NCBI GenBank assembly: GCA_002269645.1
Contig: NIVC01000808.1
Coordinates: 186,001 to 250,000 of the forward strand
Reading direction: 5' to 3'
DNA length: 64,000 nt
DNA from: Macrostomum lignano
Lineage: Eukaryota
This document shows positions 1-17,086 of the stretch, piece after piece (positions within the stretch are counted from its first letter, which is position 1; every line of letters starts with the position of its first letter). Below the pieces are notes generated by a model. It was not told the DNA's origin. It saw nothing but the letters and a program-made list of their open reading frames with translations, and made no database searches. The position numbers and the translations under genes were made by a program.

Positions 1-521
1 CATAGGGACACCTACTTTAGGCGGTTTTAAAATCACGGTGTCATTTGGCATCCCGGGCTCGAATTCCTAGGATGGCAGACGCCATTATTATAAAATTATT
101 GACACTCCAAATGAAATATGAGTGACAGAAAATGTGGAACTTGAATGTGTACTTCGGATGCCTAATCGGAATCCTGTTTTTTCCAAAGCTGGATATCATT
201 TAATTCGAGAATGCCAAAGTTAACCCGTTGAAAACGTTACCGTGACAAGAATCGCTAATGAGTCATTGTGAACAACTCGCTTGAGTCACGTGAGTTGCAG
301 AATCGTAAAAGAGTCGCGAAAAAGTCGTCCAAGACTTGGTGCTTAACTTTCTTAACCAAATCGATTTGTTATACGACTCGTAAATTGGAAGTGCGATTTT
401 TAATTCATCAAGTGACGCAGATGCGTTTTAGACGCAACTCGGTAATTCTACAGTGACTCTGGCATTACAGATCTAGCAGATAAACCTGAACCTGACCCTC
501 TTCACTCTGAATCCCCCCCAG

Positions 522-911
522 GTGCTGTGCGTATTGTCCTGCATAGCCAACGTTAGCTTGCTGTTATCGTGCGCCTGCGGCCTGTACCATTTTGCAACCG
601 GATATTACTCTGGCAGTAGCGCAATGGCCCTATCAGACCTGATTGTCAGCATTCTTCTATTGCTAATTGGCTTACTGGACTTAGGCGTGGCCATCGCCTG
701 CGGTGTACTATGCGGCCGTCAGGTCTGTCGGCACGATCCGCGCATCGGCTTGCATCCGGGCGGACGCGGCCTCGTCGTGTTGACCCCGACGCCGCCGCCA
801 GCCTACGACGTGCACCCGCCTCTGATGCCGGCATTGTTGCTCTATCAGCCAGCTGGCTTTGCGTCGCCTTTGCCGCCGCGGTACTCCAGCTCAGACAGTT
901 TGCATAATTGA
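522..911 (+). CDS. Terminal exon of a small multi-pass membrane protein with C-terminal PY motifs; 5' exons not located
   Basis: Acceptor CCCCCCCAG at 521; two hydrophobic stretches, then PPPAY and LPPRY; stop at 911. Confidence 0.6.
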   Translation: MLCVLSCIANVSLLLSCACGLYHFATGYYSGSSAMALSDLIVSILLLLIGLLDLGVAIACGVLCGRQVCRHDPRIGLHPGGRGLVVLTPTPPPAYDVHPPLMPALLLYQPAGFASPLPPRYSSSDSLHN

Positions 912-2188
912 ACTGTTGCTTACAGAGTTCATGCTTTTCTAATTACCAAATATAGCAAACTAATCTAGTAATAATTCCTGAGGGTGTACAGCGGCCCTGA
1001 CTTTCTAATTGTCGGGCATGTACACTCTCTGCGCCTTGGGGAGCTGGCCCTCGTAGCTTTGAATCATCTGGTGCCACCTGTTGAAGGTCCAGAAGCTCCG
1101 CCTGGGTGAAGGCCAGGCTGCAACTTACTTGGCAAGGCTGCACTGATTTGCAGTGCTGATTGGTGCACAGGGCTGTATTGATTACACTGGCGCTCATTGA
1201 AAAAATCCAACCTTCTAGCAGAATCGTTGAATATCTCGACGGTCCGCAGGGCTAGCGACGACTTGATTCTTGTTTGAGAAGGTGCGCAACAAAAACTTGG
1301 TCCATGGATTACCACCGATCTATACTCAGACTCATCTGATAAGAATCCCTCACCTACTCATCTCTTTACTAAAGCCATCTACTAGTATACTTAGAATAAA
1401 AGCATAAATCACCGCTATTAAGTAGTATATTGATTGTAAGTAGTACAAGTGCAGCAGCTGGTCTCCATCTGTCATTCCTATCTTTACCTGTAGTTTCTCC
1501 TACCTAACTTTCGCTTAAAGTCAAATCATAGTTTAATTTTTTCAAAAAGACATCGAATTTTTATATTAAGAATAGCAAAACTGTTTGGTGCTTAAAACGT
1601 ACATTTTTCTGCTTTTTTTGCTGGTCAACTATTTGCTTGTGTGATTTTTATAGCAAATCTGTGTTTTCCCAAGTATTTGTGTTTTCTGCCGTGTTCTAAC
1701 AGATGTCTTAGCTTCCTATTTACTGTACACGGAGTCTACACTCCCCAAGTATGTATTTTTAGTTTATGGTTTTATTAAAAGTTCTTTTACATTTGAAATT
1801 AGCATGCCTACTATAATTAACAACTTGCCAATTATAATAATAATATTGACGCGGTTCACATTTTTATGACTGAATACTTCTATCTAAATGATTTCATTCT
1901 TTTGCGTATTGACGCTGTTTAAATTTTGATGACTGATTTTATTTATATATTTATGTTTTGCTTTGATTTAACATCTATACAACAATTAAACAAATAGCAG
2001 TTTGCTTTTTTGAGTGCTGTTTAATTAATTTTTTAAGACTCATTTAATTTAAAGCTTTGTCACATGCTATTTATACTACTTATTGTGTCGATATTAAGTA
2101 GAAAAATGCACATTTTTCTGTTTTTTGCATGTCTAATACATATTACCTCTAAATCAGCCAATAAATAATTGATAAATAAAGAGACGCG

Positions 2189-3592
2189 ATGGAGCTGCCA
2201 GACGTGACCTATAATAAGCCCGAGTACATCGAGACCGCTTCTGGCAATAAGGTCTGCCGATTAACGGCCCTCTGTGGCAGTCAGAATATTGTACTTTCTG
2301 GCAAGGTCATCATCCAAACCGAAGCCGTGATCCGCGGCGACCTCGCCAATGTGCGAATCGGCCGCAGCACCGTCATCAGCCGGGGCGCCGTCATCCGGCC
2401 TCCGTTTAAAAAGTTTAGCAAGGGCGTCGCATTCTTCCCCTTGTACATTGGCGATCACGTGTTCATTGGCGAGAATTCCGTTATCAATGCTGCGCAGGTG
2501 CGTCTCGCCTCTGGGTGTAATGGCTTTTTGTTCTCTGTTGCTGGCCCGCACCAGCCTCCCAGATCCTCAGTTGCTGGGCCAGCCTCCCAGATTCTCAGTT
2601 GCTGGGCCAGCCTCCCAGATTCTCAGTTTCTGGGCCAGCCTCCCAGATCCTCAGTTGCTGGGCCAGCCTCCCAGATCCTCAGTTGCTGGGCCACTGCCGC
2701 CCTCCCAGGTCCCCAGTTGCTGGGCCAGCCTCCCAGATCCTCAGTTGCTGGGCCAGCCTCCCAGATCCTCAGTTGCTGGGCCACTGCCGCCCTCCCAGGT
2801 CCCCAGTTGCTTGGCTGGCCTCCTAAATCCTCAGTTGTTGGGCCAGCCTCCCAGATCCTCAGTTGCTGGGCCAGCCTCCCAGATCCTCAGCTGCTGGGCC
2901 AGCCTCCTAGATCCTCAGTTGCTAGGCCAGCCTCCCAGATCCTTAGTTGCTGGGCCAGCCTCCCAGATCCTCAGTTGCTGGGCCAGCCTCCCAGATCCTC
3001 AGCTGCTGAGCCAGCCTCCCAGATCCTCAGTTGCTGGGCCAGCCTCCCAGATCCTCAGTTGCTGGGTCAGCCTCCCAGATCCTCAGTTGCTGGGCCAGCC
3101 TCCCAGATCTTCAGTTGCTGGGCCAGCCTCCCAGATCCTCAGTTGCTGGGCCAGCCTCCCAGATCCTCAGTTGCTGGGCCAGCCTCCCAGATCATCAGTT
3201 GCTGGGCCAGCCTCCCAGATCCTCAGTTGCTGGGCCACAGCCAGCCTCCCAGATTCCCATTGGCTGGACCGCGGTGGCTGCCCTCCCATATTCTAGGCAA
3301 GCACTAGCACAAAGGTACTCTCACCGCCCATTACCAGGTGGGCTCCTACGTCCACGTAGGCAACAACTGCGTGATTGGCAGGCGCTGCGTTCTCAAAGAC
3401 TGCAGCGCAGTGGCCGACGGCTCAGTCCTGCCAGCGGAGACCGTGGTGCCACCCTTCACCATATTCAGCGGCTCGCCAGGACAGCTGGTTGGCTCGCTGC
3501 CAGACTGCACACCGGAGCTCATGACTCACCTCACCGAGAGCTACTATCAGCACTTCGTGCCTGCAGCCGCGGCGGCTCCCAAAGCTAACTAA
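2189..3592 (+). CDS. DCTN5: Dynactin subunit 5 (p25); exons 2189-2497 and 3338-3592, 187 aa
   Basis: Contains [34 protein letters not shown] and [23 protein letters not shown] at 2498 and AG at 3337 join AAQ|VGSY in phase 0. Confidence 0.95.
2553..3255 (+). repeat. 28-nt minisatellite CCTCCCAGATCCTCAGTTGCTGGGCCAG in the DCTN5 intron
   Basis: Direct tandem array; same unit at 10385-11385 and inverted at 4125-4260. Confidence 0.95.
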
Positions 3593-4124
3593 GTGAACGG
3601 AGACCAAGCAGCTTACTGTGTAACAACTATTCGGTGATGCGGTATCTTTTCATCTGGTTAGTATCTAAGGTCTAGGCTTGATAGAGGTGATGCAATCAAT
3701 ATACATGACGGTCTTCGGCTAGGCTGGGCCAGTTGGTTATCAAACGTATCTTAAATCTCTATTGTACTGCATATATACACATCTTTGTTGAATTCATTTT
3801 TTTGCTTTGTATTGCGATGTTATAACAATAAATGTTATAAATTTATGTTATAAATTGTTAATGCTTATTATATTTGCTTGCTAGAATCATAAGCTTTCAT
3901 GAATTATACTCTCTTATTGTGGCAGTTTTGCGTCTTCTAAAACTGTCCTAAGATATTGTCAGATATGTTCAAAACATTGCCCCTTATAGTTCATTTTTCT
4001 TGTGCGTCTCTTGTTTGTTTATTAATGCATTAGACAGCAAACCTGACTGTGTTAGTGCCTCTCAAATCGACTCCCTCGGAGTGACGGCCCTGTCTGAGGA
4101 TTTGGGAAAGTGGCAGGTGGACTA

Positions 4125-4260
4125 GCAACTGAGGATCTGGGAGGCTGGCCCAGAAACTGAGGATCTGGGAGACTGGCCCAGCAACTGAGGATCTGGGAGG
4201 GTAACCTGGTGGCCCAGCAACTGAAGATCTGGGAGGCTGGCCCAGCAACTAAGGATCTGA
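4125..4260 (-). repeat. Short inverted copy of the 28-nt minisatellite
   Basis: CTGAGGATCTGGGAGGCTGGCCCAGCAA units, the reverse complement of the DCTN5 intron unit. Confidence 0.9.
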
Positions 4261-4264
4261 GACA

Positions 4265-4463
4265 TGCCCACGGGCCACCATCGATAAAAACTGTAAAAAA
4301 AGTATTTAAAACATTGGTAGCCCTAGCATTCTGGGGCCGCTACGGCTATCCCACACCTGACTATTTAGAAAGCTTACAGAGACCGGATTCTAGGCTCCAA
4401 GGGGGTGGTGAAGCGAGCCGTCCCAGAAGTGAACTCAACAATAGACTTCATGATAGACTCTAA
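4265..4463 (+). mobile_element. Possible decayed CR1/L2-type LINE RT C-terminal fragment
   Basis: KKVFKTLVALAF...YLESLQR loosely resembles the LYKTLVRP..EY..LE.VQR motif. Confidence 0.3.
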
Positions 4464-4585
4464 TCCTAGAGACACACTTTGACACTAGTCCTGACATCTA
4501 CAAAAAGTACAACAAAACGCTCTTATTCTCTACTTTCAGGCTGGCGTCCGGCCAATTTTTAGTTGCAGGCAAAAATCCAGCCGCC

Positions 4586-8624
<4,039 letters not shown>

Positions 8625-8838
8625 CTCTGAATAGCATGGTAGCCAGCTATCAGCTTCCACTAGGGTCCTGGTCGGGTATCTGCGAGCTTTGTTAACTAGT
8701 CAAGGCTTTGTTATTCTGGGTTTTGTGTGCGATTTTTTAATTTTTAAGCTTCTCCTGCCAGGGTGGCTGGCTTGTTTTTCAGTTAGCGTGGCAAACCAGA
8801 TGGTAGGCTTTTCTTTCCTTGTTGACGCTTCTTGGCAA

Positions 8839-8936
8839 TGTCTGTCTGTCTGTGTGTGTGCTGTCTGTCTGTCTGTGTGTGTGTCTGTGTGTGTGTCTGT
8901 CTGTGTCTGTGTCTGTCTGTCTGTCTGTGTGTGTGC

Positions 8937-8967
<31 letters not shown>

Positions 8968-8975
8968 GTGTGTGC

Positions 8976-9010
<35 letters not shown>

Positions 9011-9283
9011 GTCTGTGTCTGTCTGTCTGTGTGTGTGTCTGTCTGTGTGTGTGCTGTCTGTCTGTCTGTCTGTCTATCTGTGTGTGTGCTGTCTGTGTGT
9101 CTCTGTGTCTGTGTCTGTCTGTGTGTCTGTCTGTGTCTGTGGCTGTCTGTCTGTCTGTCTGTCTGTGTCTGTCTGTGTCTGTGTGTGTCTGTCTGTCTAT
9201 GTGTCTGTCTGTCTGTCTGTCTGTCTGTGTGTCTGTCTGTGTCTGTCTGTGTCTGTCTGTCTGTCTGTGTGTCTGTCTGTCTG
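8839..9283 (+). repeat. Mixed (TCTG)/(TG)n microsatellite downstream of the PPP6R stop
   Basis: Direct read. Confidence 0.95.
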
Positions 9284-10384
9284 CCTTCTTATTTGTGCAG
9301 CTACCGGTAAATATCCAAAAGTTTATAATAGTCAATAAAGCGGCTTTCTAACAATTATATTGATGATAAATAAACCATTTCAGCTGAAAAACATTACTAG
9401 ATAATTATCAGTGATTTGTACTCTAACCGAAAACGCCAGGAGTTTACATAAGCAGCCATGGAAATGGAAATCTATGAAATATATTTCAGATTTAGCATTG
9501 ATTATTATGAAGCTGTGGCGTCAGCATCTAGCTAATAGCATTGGGTTTTGATGTTCAGTAAGCCTCTGTGTATTCGGTGTTGTTCCACTTGCTTAATTGA
9601 TTTTCGACTTAATCAAAGCTACCGGTAATCATATTTAGTCATAATTATAATTATTTTTAAGATGATTTCAAGTGCCAATTCCCTTGAATCACCGGTATTG
9701 TTTTAAACAGTAATAATTTATTTATTTATAGTGCCACATTTCTCTTCAGTTTTACCTTGTCTCTTGTTCATTTTAGGTAGTTATATTTTTTAACTCTTTT
9801 CTTAATTCGGTTTCTTTCAATTTGAATTATTGCTGTCAGGATACTAAGTAGGTTAAACATATTTTCGCGTGCTAAGCTAAGATTCTTAGTTATTTTTATC
9901 TTATTAAGCGCGACTTTTTTCCCTTAATGTTCAGTCAGTAGCAGTGTTGGAAGTTCGTGTTAATTCTTATTGATAATCTGCTTCAATCATAACCCGAATT
10001 TCACTGGTAGAGCATCAGAATTTCACTGCTCGCTTGCATAATAAATGCAAAACTGCACCCGGCAACGATTGCTTTTAGAAGATATATGGCACTATTTACA
10101 TATACTTTGCGTCAAAATGGATGTAGTCTGAGCCTCGCTGCATGCCAATTTAATCGGTTGTAGTATGATTACATGCATTATTAACCAATGCCTTGCCATT
10201 GCGCTGTACGAATTATGCGGTTTTTTTAACAAAATAAATGCAAACATTTTGCCAATATTGTTTTCCAAGTCAATTAATCTGTGCCTGCTTGCCTGGCCGT
10301 GCTGTCAATGTTGCTGTCTGCATCACTGCTGCTTTTTATTTTGCGATGCTCAGAACATATTTGTTCATAGAGCGTCTACTACAG

Positions 10385-11385
10385 ATTCTCAGTTGCTGGG
10401 CCAGCCTCCCAGATCCTCAGTTGCTGGGCCAGCCTTCCATATCCTCAGTTGCTGGGCCAGCCTCCCAGATCCTCAGCTGCTGGACCAGCCTCCCAGATCC
10501 TCAGTTGCTGGGCCAGCCTCCCAGATCCTCAGTTGCTGGGCCAGCCTCCCAGATCCTCAGCTGCTGGGCCAGCCTCCCAGATCCAGATCCTCAGTTGCTG
10601 GACCAGCCTCCCAGATCCTCAGTTGCTGGGCCAGCCTCCCAGATCCTCAGTTGCTGGACCAGCCTCCCAGATCCTCAGTTGCTGGGCCAGCCTCCCAGAT
10701 CCTCAGTTGCTGGGCCAGCCTCCCAGATCCTCAGCTGCTGGGCCAGCCTCCCAGATCCAGATCCTCAGTTGCTGGACCAGCCTCCCAGATCCTCAGTTGC
10801 TGGGCCAGCCTCCCAGATCCTCAGCTGCTGGGCCAGCCTCCCAGATCCAGATCCTCAGTTGCTGGACCAGCCTCCCAGATCCTCAGTTGCTGGGCCAGCC
10901 TCCCAGATCCTTAGTTGCTGGACCAGCCTCCCAGATCCTCAGTTGCTGGGCCGACCTCCCAGATCCTAAGCTGCTGTGCCAGCCTCCAAGATCCTCAGTT
11001 GCTGGGCCAGCCTCCCAGATCCTCAGCTGCTGGGCCAGCCTCCCAGATCCTCAGTTGCTGGACCAGCCTCCCAGATCCTTAGTTGCTGGACAAGCCTCCC
11101 AGATCCTCAGCTGCTGGACCAGCCTCCCAGATCCTCAGTTGCTGGGCCAGCCTCCCAGATCCTCAGCTGCTGGGCCAGCCTCCCAGATCCAGATCCTCAG
11201 TTGCTGGGCCAGCCTCCCAGATCCTTAGTTGCCGGACCAGTCTCCCAGATCCTCAGCTGCTGGGCCAGCCTCCCAGATCCTCAGTTGCTGGGCCAGCCTC
11301 CCAGATCCAGATCCTCAGTTGCTGGACCAGCCTCCCAGATCCTCAGTTGCTGGACCAGCCTCCCAGATCCTCAGCTGCTAGACCA
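10385..11385 (+). repeat. About 1 kb array of the 28-nt minisatellite
   Basis: Same unit as the DCTN5 intron, with GGGCC/GGACC and CAGATCCAGATC variants. Confidence 0.95.
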
Positions 11386-12279
11386 CATTTTACTTCAGCT
11401 GCTGAAGTAAAATGTACAATATCTACCATTCATAATTTTAGAATAGCACGAGCTAAGCGTACTTCAGCAGTGAATCTTTTACACGATTGCGTTTAGCTTG
11501 TATTGGATGATAAATTTACGTTACTGGACGGAAGGTGATGTTGGTTTGAGTTGCAGTAAATATCGCTCGATTGTGCGCGACAGTGGTTACACTTGAGCCC
11601 CAGACTTCATGAAGCCTCTGTAAATCTATCTGATACACACTGGAGGAGCAACTGAGCCAGCAAAGCTGTATATAGTTTTTTTCTTTTGGTGCTTAATTCT
11701 GAGACAATGTCAATCAAAAGGCAATCAATTGATGGGTTTCGGCCTTTTCGGCTTCTTGGAGAGAAAGCCTTCGGGCCTCAGGTCTCAGAAATGAATCAAT
11801 TAGAGTCCTGCCCCCTACTCCTGTCAGATGGTCAGCCCCAAACATGTAGTTTGATCTATGGCGAGCAGTCTAGGTCCTATAGCTAAGAGAGGGACAGCGA
11901 TAGACGAGCAGGGATAATTTTGAAGGTAGAGATCAGCTAATCCGCAGATTAACTAACCCACTGCCACCAGCCCGTGCGTCCTGGCTCACCAAACCGGAAC
12001 TTTCGAAATCGGGCTTCCAACTAGAAGGGGCTTAGCACTTACCTGCCAACTAGTGTCTTTTTGCTGTCAATCTCGAAGTCATAGCCGATGATAAGGGACA
12101 CTGCTGGGACTTGATCGCATTGGCCATGCAGGGACAGAGGGGACTTGTGCGGTGGTGAGCCTATGGGGATCAAGAGACGACGGTCGAGTCCCGGGAGCCA
12201 GAAGTTGTGTGCTGGATCCGAGGAGGTCCCAAGTTAGGCCAAGGTCCCAGGAGGTTGAGTTCGAGCGGGCCAAAAACTT

Positions 12280-12395
12280 GGTTTAAATAGCCGCCAACTG
12301 GACCGCAATTTGTTATAATGAAACACCTCGACGCTGATTGGCTGAGCTGATTTGTTATAACTGACGTCGAATTTTCTGATTGGCTGAGCTTGTTG
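12280..12395 (-). promoter_or_regulatory. Candidate Pol II promoter: two CCAAT boxes, CRE-like site and TATA-like box
   Basis: CTGATTGGCTGAG occurs twice (about 12333 and 12376), TGACGTCG at 12362, TTTAAATA at about 12282 (TATTTAAA on the minus strand). Confidence 0.4.
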
Positions 12396-13282
12396 CCACC
12401 CAAACTCACGTGACCAAAAGATCCTATCAGTTCCCTCGTGGCCATAAAAATACGCCAGGTGCAGTCATAAATCATTCAAAATCGTTACATTATGATTTAT
12501 GACCTTTCGCGTAGGAATTACAAAAATTAATGAAAAAATATGCGTTAGAAAGTGAAGATGGTGAAGAGAAATGGATAATCGCTAATCCCAAAGTCACTTT
12601 TAGGGGTAAAACGCATAGCTGTCAAAGCTGTCACACGCTTGAATGAACACGAACAATAGGCCCTGACCTCATAAATCTTGATGGCCTGTCAAAAATGATG
12701 AGAAAAAAGCTACCGCCCGCATCTTCTCAGACCATCTGGCGCCAGCCTCAACACTGAGTGAGGCGCAGGTGGCTGTCAGACCAGCTCACAAGCAATGATT
12801 TATGACCCCAAAAGTAGCGAACCGCGCCTATGTTATTACTCTTGGAAGTGACTGTTAATACAGTAGAGCAGCTGTAGGAATTAAAATTGATGCGGGGAAA
12901 GAGTTGCAAAGCACACGCCCCTGCGTGCAGGGATGGCTCTGCAGCTATGGTTCACTTAATGCAACAGCACTTTAAGTTTCTCTGAATTGAACTGAAAGGC
13001 TAAATGAGTGCTAGACGCTATTTCGCTTCCCAAGAAAAGCGTAAAATCTAAATCTAAATCTAAAGAGCGTAAAATCTAAATAACGAGAATACTTTAATAA
13101 GTTTTCAACAAGGATTTTGACTTTTTTCTCGATCGAATCTCGATTTAAAAAAGTGCCGAGAATCCGAGATATAAAATAAAGTTAAATAAAGAGCCCTAGG
13201 TTGAATACCAATCTTCTTAATATAGCCTAGACATCAAAATAAACACATTGAATTCAAAATAAATCAAATTAGCGCAAAAAAA

Positions 13283-15900
13283 TCAACTCATTTTATTGTC
13301 ACCCGTATTAAGGGATTTAGTTAAGTGTTTGGAAAATGATGCCGCATGCAGGCTAAAGAGCAACAGCCAACGAAAAGATTCAACTCCATCCACGTCACCG
13401 CGGGAGAATGCTGCTTTGACGACTACGCCGGCCATTAGGCTGCCCAAGCTGCCGCCACCAGCATTCAATGGAGATCGGACGCAATGGACTGCATTCTGGG
13501 ACCGCTTCAACTCCAGCAGCCACGACAACCCGAGCCTCAGCGTCATCGACAAGTTCAGCTACCTGCAATCGTGCCTTTCAGGAGAAGCCTTGAGACTGGA
13601 TCGTGTTCGTTGGTCGAGATTCCTCGTCTTCTTCAAGCATTCCGGTTTCATCCGGTCGCTCTTACAGCTGATATTGAGAAGGCGTTTCTTCAGATTCGCA
13701 TTGCTGAAGAAGATCGGGGTGCACTGCGGTATCTCTGGCCACAGGATCCAAGTCGAGCTGAATCGCCACTCGTTGTTCTTCGTTACGCCACTTTGGTGTT
13801 CGGACTCACCTGCTCACCTGCAATTCTTGAGACGGTCATTCAACATCATTTAGCATCTCATCGGGACCAGGATGCGCAGTTCGTGGACAAAGTATCGAAA
13901 GAGATCTATATGTAGACAATCTAATCTCTGAGTGTGCAAGCGAACGGCAAGCCATGGAACTCATCCAAAAATCTCGTCACCTCTTCCGTCAGGCAGGTAT
14001 GAATCTACGCCATTGGCAGTCCAACAGTAAAGCGGTTTTGTCCGCAGTTCGAGCTAGCACTACAGACCAGGACATTCTGGCTCCAGCCCTGTCAGTAGAG
14101 ACTCTCAGAATGACGGAAGACCACAGGAGCTATTCCTCCGCCTCATTGGGTGAGGAGGGCGTGTTGTCGAAGGTCCTTGGGTTGCACTAAGAAATCTGAT
14201 CGGACGTGTTCGTGCTTCGGTTCTCACCACCAGAGGAGTTACTCAGAGGTACGCAATCCAAGCGAGTCATGCTACAGCTTCTGGCTCGTGTCTATGATCC
14301 TCTCGGCTTCCTAGTTCCACTGCTGACTTGGCCGAAAACAATGTTTCGGACGCTCTGTGTTCGCAAAGTTGCTTGGGATTGCCCGCTGGATGAGCCGACT
14401 GAACAACTGTGGCAGAAGTGGCTGCAGGACATGCTGAAAGCACGATTCCAAGTACCGCGGCTAGTGCTTTTCGCGACACGGGTGGTCCAAGAGATGCAGC
14501 TTCATGGCTTCTGTGACGCATCCGCAAAGTGCTTGTCTCTACCTACGATTTCAGTACACCGACGGTTCCGTCAGCTGTACCCTGGTGGCGGCGAAGGCCA
14601 GAATGGCTCCACTATCGGCCCTGTCGATTCCTCGGCTGGAACTGGTGCACTGATACTGGCCAGACTAGTGATTTCAGCCGAGTGAGCGAGTGAGCGAGCG
14701 AGTGACGAGTGCGAGCATCCTCAAGTCTGCCAAGTTTTCTGCTGGACAGATAGTGCCGATAATCTCTACTGGATACGACAGCACAAGCCCTGGAAGCTCT
14801 TTGTTCACAACCGAGTCGAGTCTCTGAGATCCGCCGGCTGCTTCCGGAGGAATCATGGCGACACGTGCCAGGCAATGAGAACCCTGCCGATGTTGCATCT
14901 CGCGGCACTTCGGTCGACAAGCTGAAGACTGATACCAGCTGGTGGCATGGTCCTGATTGGCTGACTCGACCTCCAGAAGGCTGGCCTGACCAATCCTTTC
15001 TCAATCTAACCTCAGCAACGGAAGACGAGGAGCAGAAGGCATCAGCAGACAAATCAATCGTTCTACTCACTGATGTTGTTCCGGACTTGGGACTGCATTG
15101 AGTTATACCAGATTCGGATTTCTAAGCTCATTAGGGTGACAGCTTACGTCTTTCGATTTGTCAAGAACCTACAAGTTCGAACTTCCAGAAGCACGAGTAT
15201 AAACAGAAGCAGAGGAGCGTTGGCTGAAAGAGGTACAACGAAGGAGTTTCCCTGCTGAGATTGCTCACTTTGAAATGTCGACAGCATCTGCGGACCTCGC
15301 AAAGCAGCTGAATCTCTTCCTCGACAGCAAAGGTCTGCTCCGAAGTCGGGGTCGATTGAGAGAATCAAACGTTGGTTCAGCTGCTGATTGCCCCATCCTC
15401 ATCCCGAACAAGACGCATCTAGAAGTTCTCCTCATCCGAGACGTGGACAGCAAAGTTCTGCACGGGGGAGTTCCAAGCACCCTTTGCAAACTGCGTGAGA
15501 AGTTTTGGCTGATCCGTGGCAGGCAGCGAGTGAAGGCAATTCTTGGAAAATGCGTCGTCTGCAGGCGTCTTCAGGGACTCCCGTTCGCTGTAAAGCAAGT
15601 TCCTGCGTTGCCAGAATCTCCCGTGAAAGCAATGAGAGCTTTCGAGTGGAGCGGGCTCGACTACTGTGGTCCGGTCAAGCTGAGAGACGACACTGCTGTC
15701 GAGAAGGGCTACATCTTAGTGTTCCCCTGCGCAGCAACGCGAGCGTTTCATCTAGAACTGGTGAAAGATCTAACAACTGAGCCCTAAGGAGATTCTGTGC
15801 AAGGAGAGGTATTCCTAGTCTCATCAGCGATAACGCTAAGACATTCACCAAAGCCGTGCGGAAATTGCAAGCATCGGAGAGGTAAAAGGTATTACTAGCA
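13283..15900 (+). mobile_element. Decayed BEL/Pao LTR retrotransposon: gag remnant fused by internal deletion to RT, RNase H and integrase
   Basis: Gag LPKL..F.GD..QW.AFWD.F..DKFSYL; RT ALTADIEKAFLQI and YVDN; YDPLGFL; LHGFCDAS; NPADVASRG; WWHGPDWL; HGG...C..C; GLDYCGP. Multiple stops and frameshifts. Confidence 0.92.
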
Positions 15901-15932
15901 CTAGGTAAAAGGTACTGGCATTATCGAGGCGG

Positions 15933-16322
15933 TGCATCCGGGACGAGACGGAGCAGTGAGATCGGCAACAGTTCGAGTCGCGCAAAGGCCAGGCCGCGGA
16001 CCCAGGAGATGCTTGATTCGCCGGCCGGTTGAGAACCTGATTTTGCTAGAAGCCGTGACTGAATGAACCGTTATTGACTTTTCTAAAGCTGACAGTGACT
16101 ATTGACATCTGACTTCTCAGTCTTTATCTCTCCTTAGTTTCAATCTTCAGTTCTTATCCTATTGTGCTCGTGCTCTGTGAGTAAATTTTTCAACGCGACC
16201 TTTGGTTTTCTCTTTACAGTACGCTGGTAACGCTGCTTACATTTTAGGGGTTAGTTGTGCGCCTGCCTAGCACCCTCTGGTTTGTGTGTGCGCTTGGCGC
16301 CCCCCCCCCTCCTCTGTGCGCA
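15933..16322 (+). mobile_element. Candidate 3' LTR of the BEL/Pao element
   Basis: TGCA...GCGCA termini after a purine-rich GAGGCGG; internal GTGAGT...TTTACAG. No second copy available to confirm. Confidence 0.4.
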
Positions 16323-17086
16323 TGGTGGGGTGGTTGTTGCGAGAGACTGAGCTAAATATATGATTAGGTATTGCAGGCCTCTCAGTGAGCTCTTAATTGT
16401 TGATTTTTTTCTTGTTAGCTAAACTGACGGCCCTCTGACTTGTTCAATTTCTACAACATTTGTGTTTTACATATACGAGTATAAAAGGTTATACAAACAG
16501 AACTGCTATTTTTAGTTTATAGCTTTGTCATATTTAAATTAAATATCTCGAAGTCTTGATCAAATCTCGTATTGTATCGTCAAAAAATATGGGATCTCGA
16601 AAATCTCGAAAATTCAATATTGACTCTCAATCAATCAAAAGTTTTAAGTTTCGTGCTAAGTTTTTATTTTTTGGTCGTTTCTCAGTTGCAAAATTATTAC
16701 AAAAAATTGCAATAGTTGTTTCAAAAACATCACATTTGTCTTGGGGATTAAAAGTCACATTGTGCAATAATAAATAATTTATTAGATTAAATTAGATTTT
16801 GAGTTAACTCTCATACAAATACTCGTAATAAAATTCTTTTTGATGCTCGTGAGAGTCCGTGGGCGACTCAAGGTTTTTAAAACAACGCGACAACCCGAAA
16901 TTCAACGCAGATAAACTATTTAATGATGCAATAAAATAAAAGAGTCAACTGATGTAAAATAATTCATAAATTTAACTTAATTTAACTTGAATTTTACTGA
17001 CAGAAAAACAAACTTTTGTCCCGGGATTCGGAACGTTAAATCCCTTGATCACCAATCCTAGGATTGCTATTCCTAGTTTAATTCAA

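Noticed and set aside
1064-1315. Possible LINE 3'-end peptide (LRTVEIFND...RLDFF)
   Set aside because: Similarity is too weak to call without a search.
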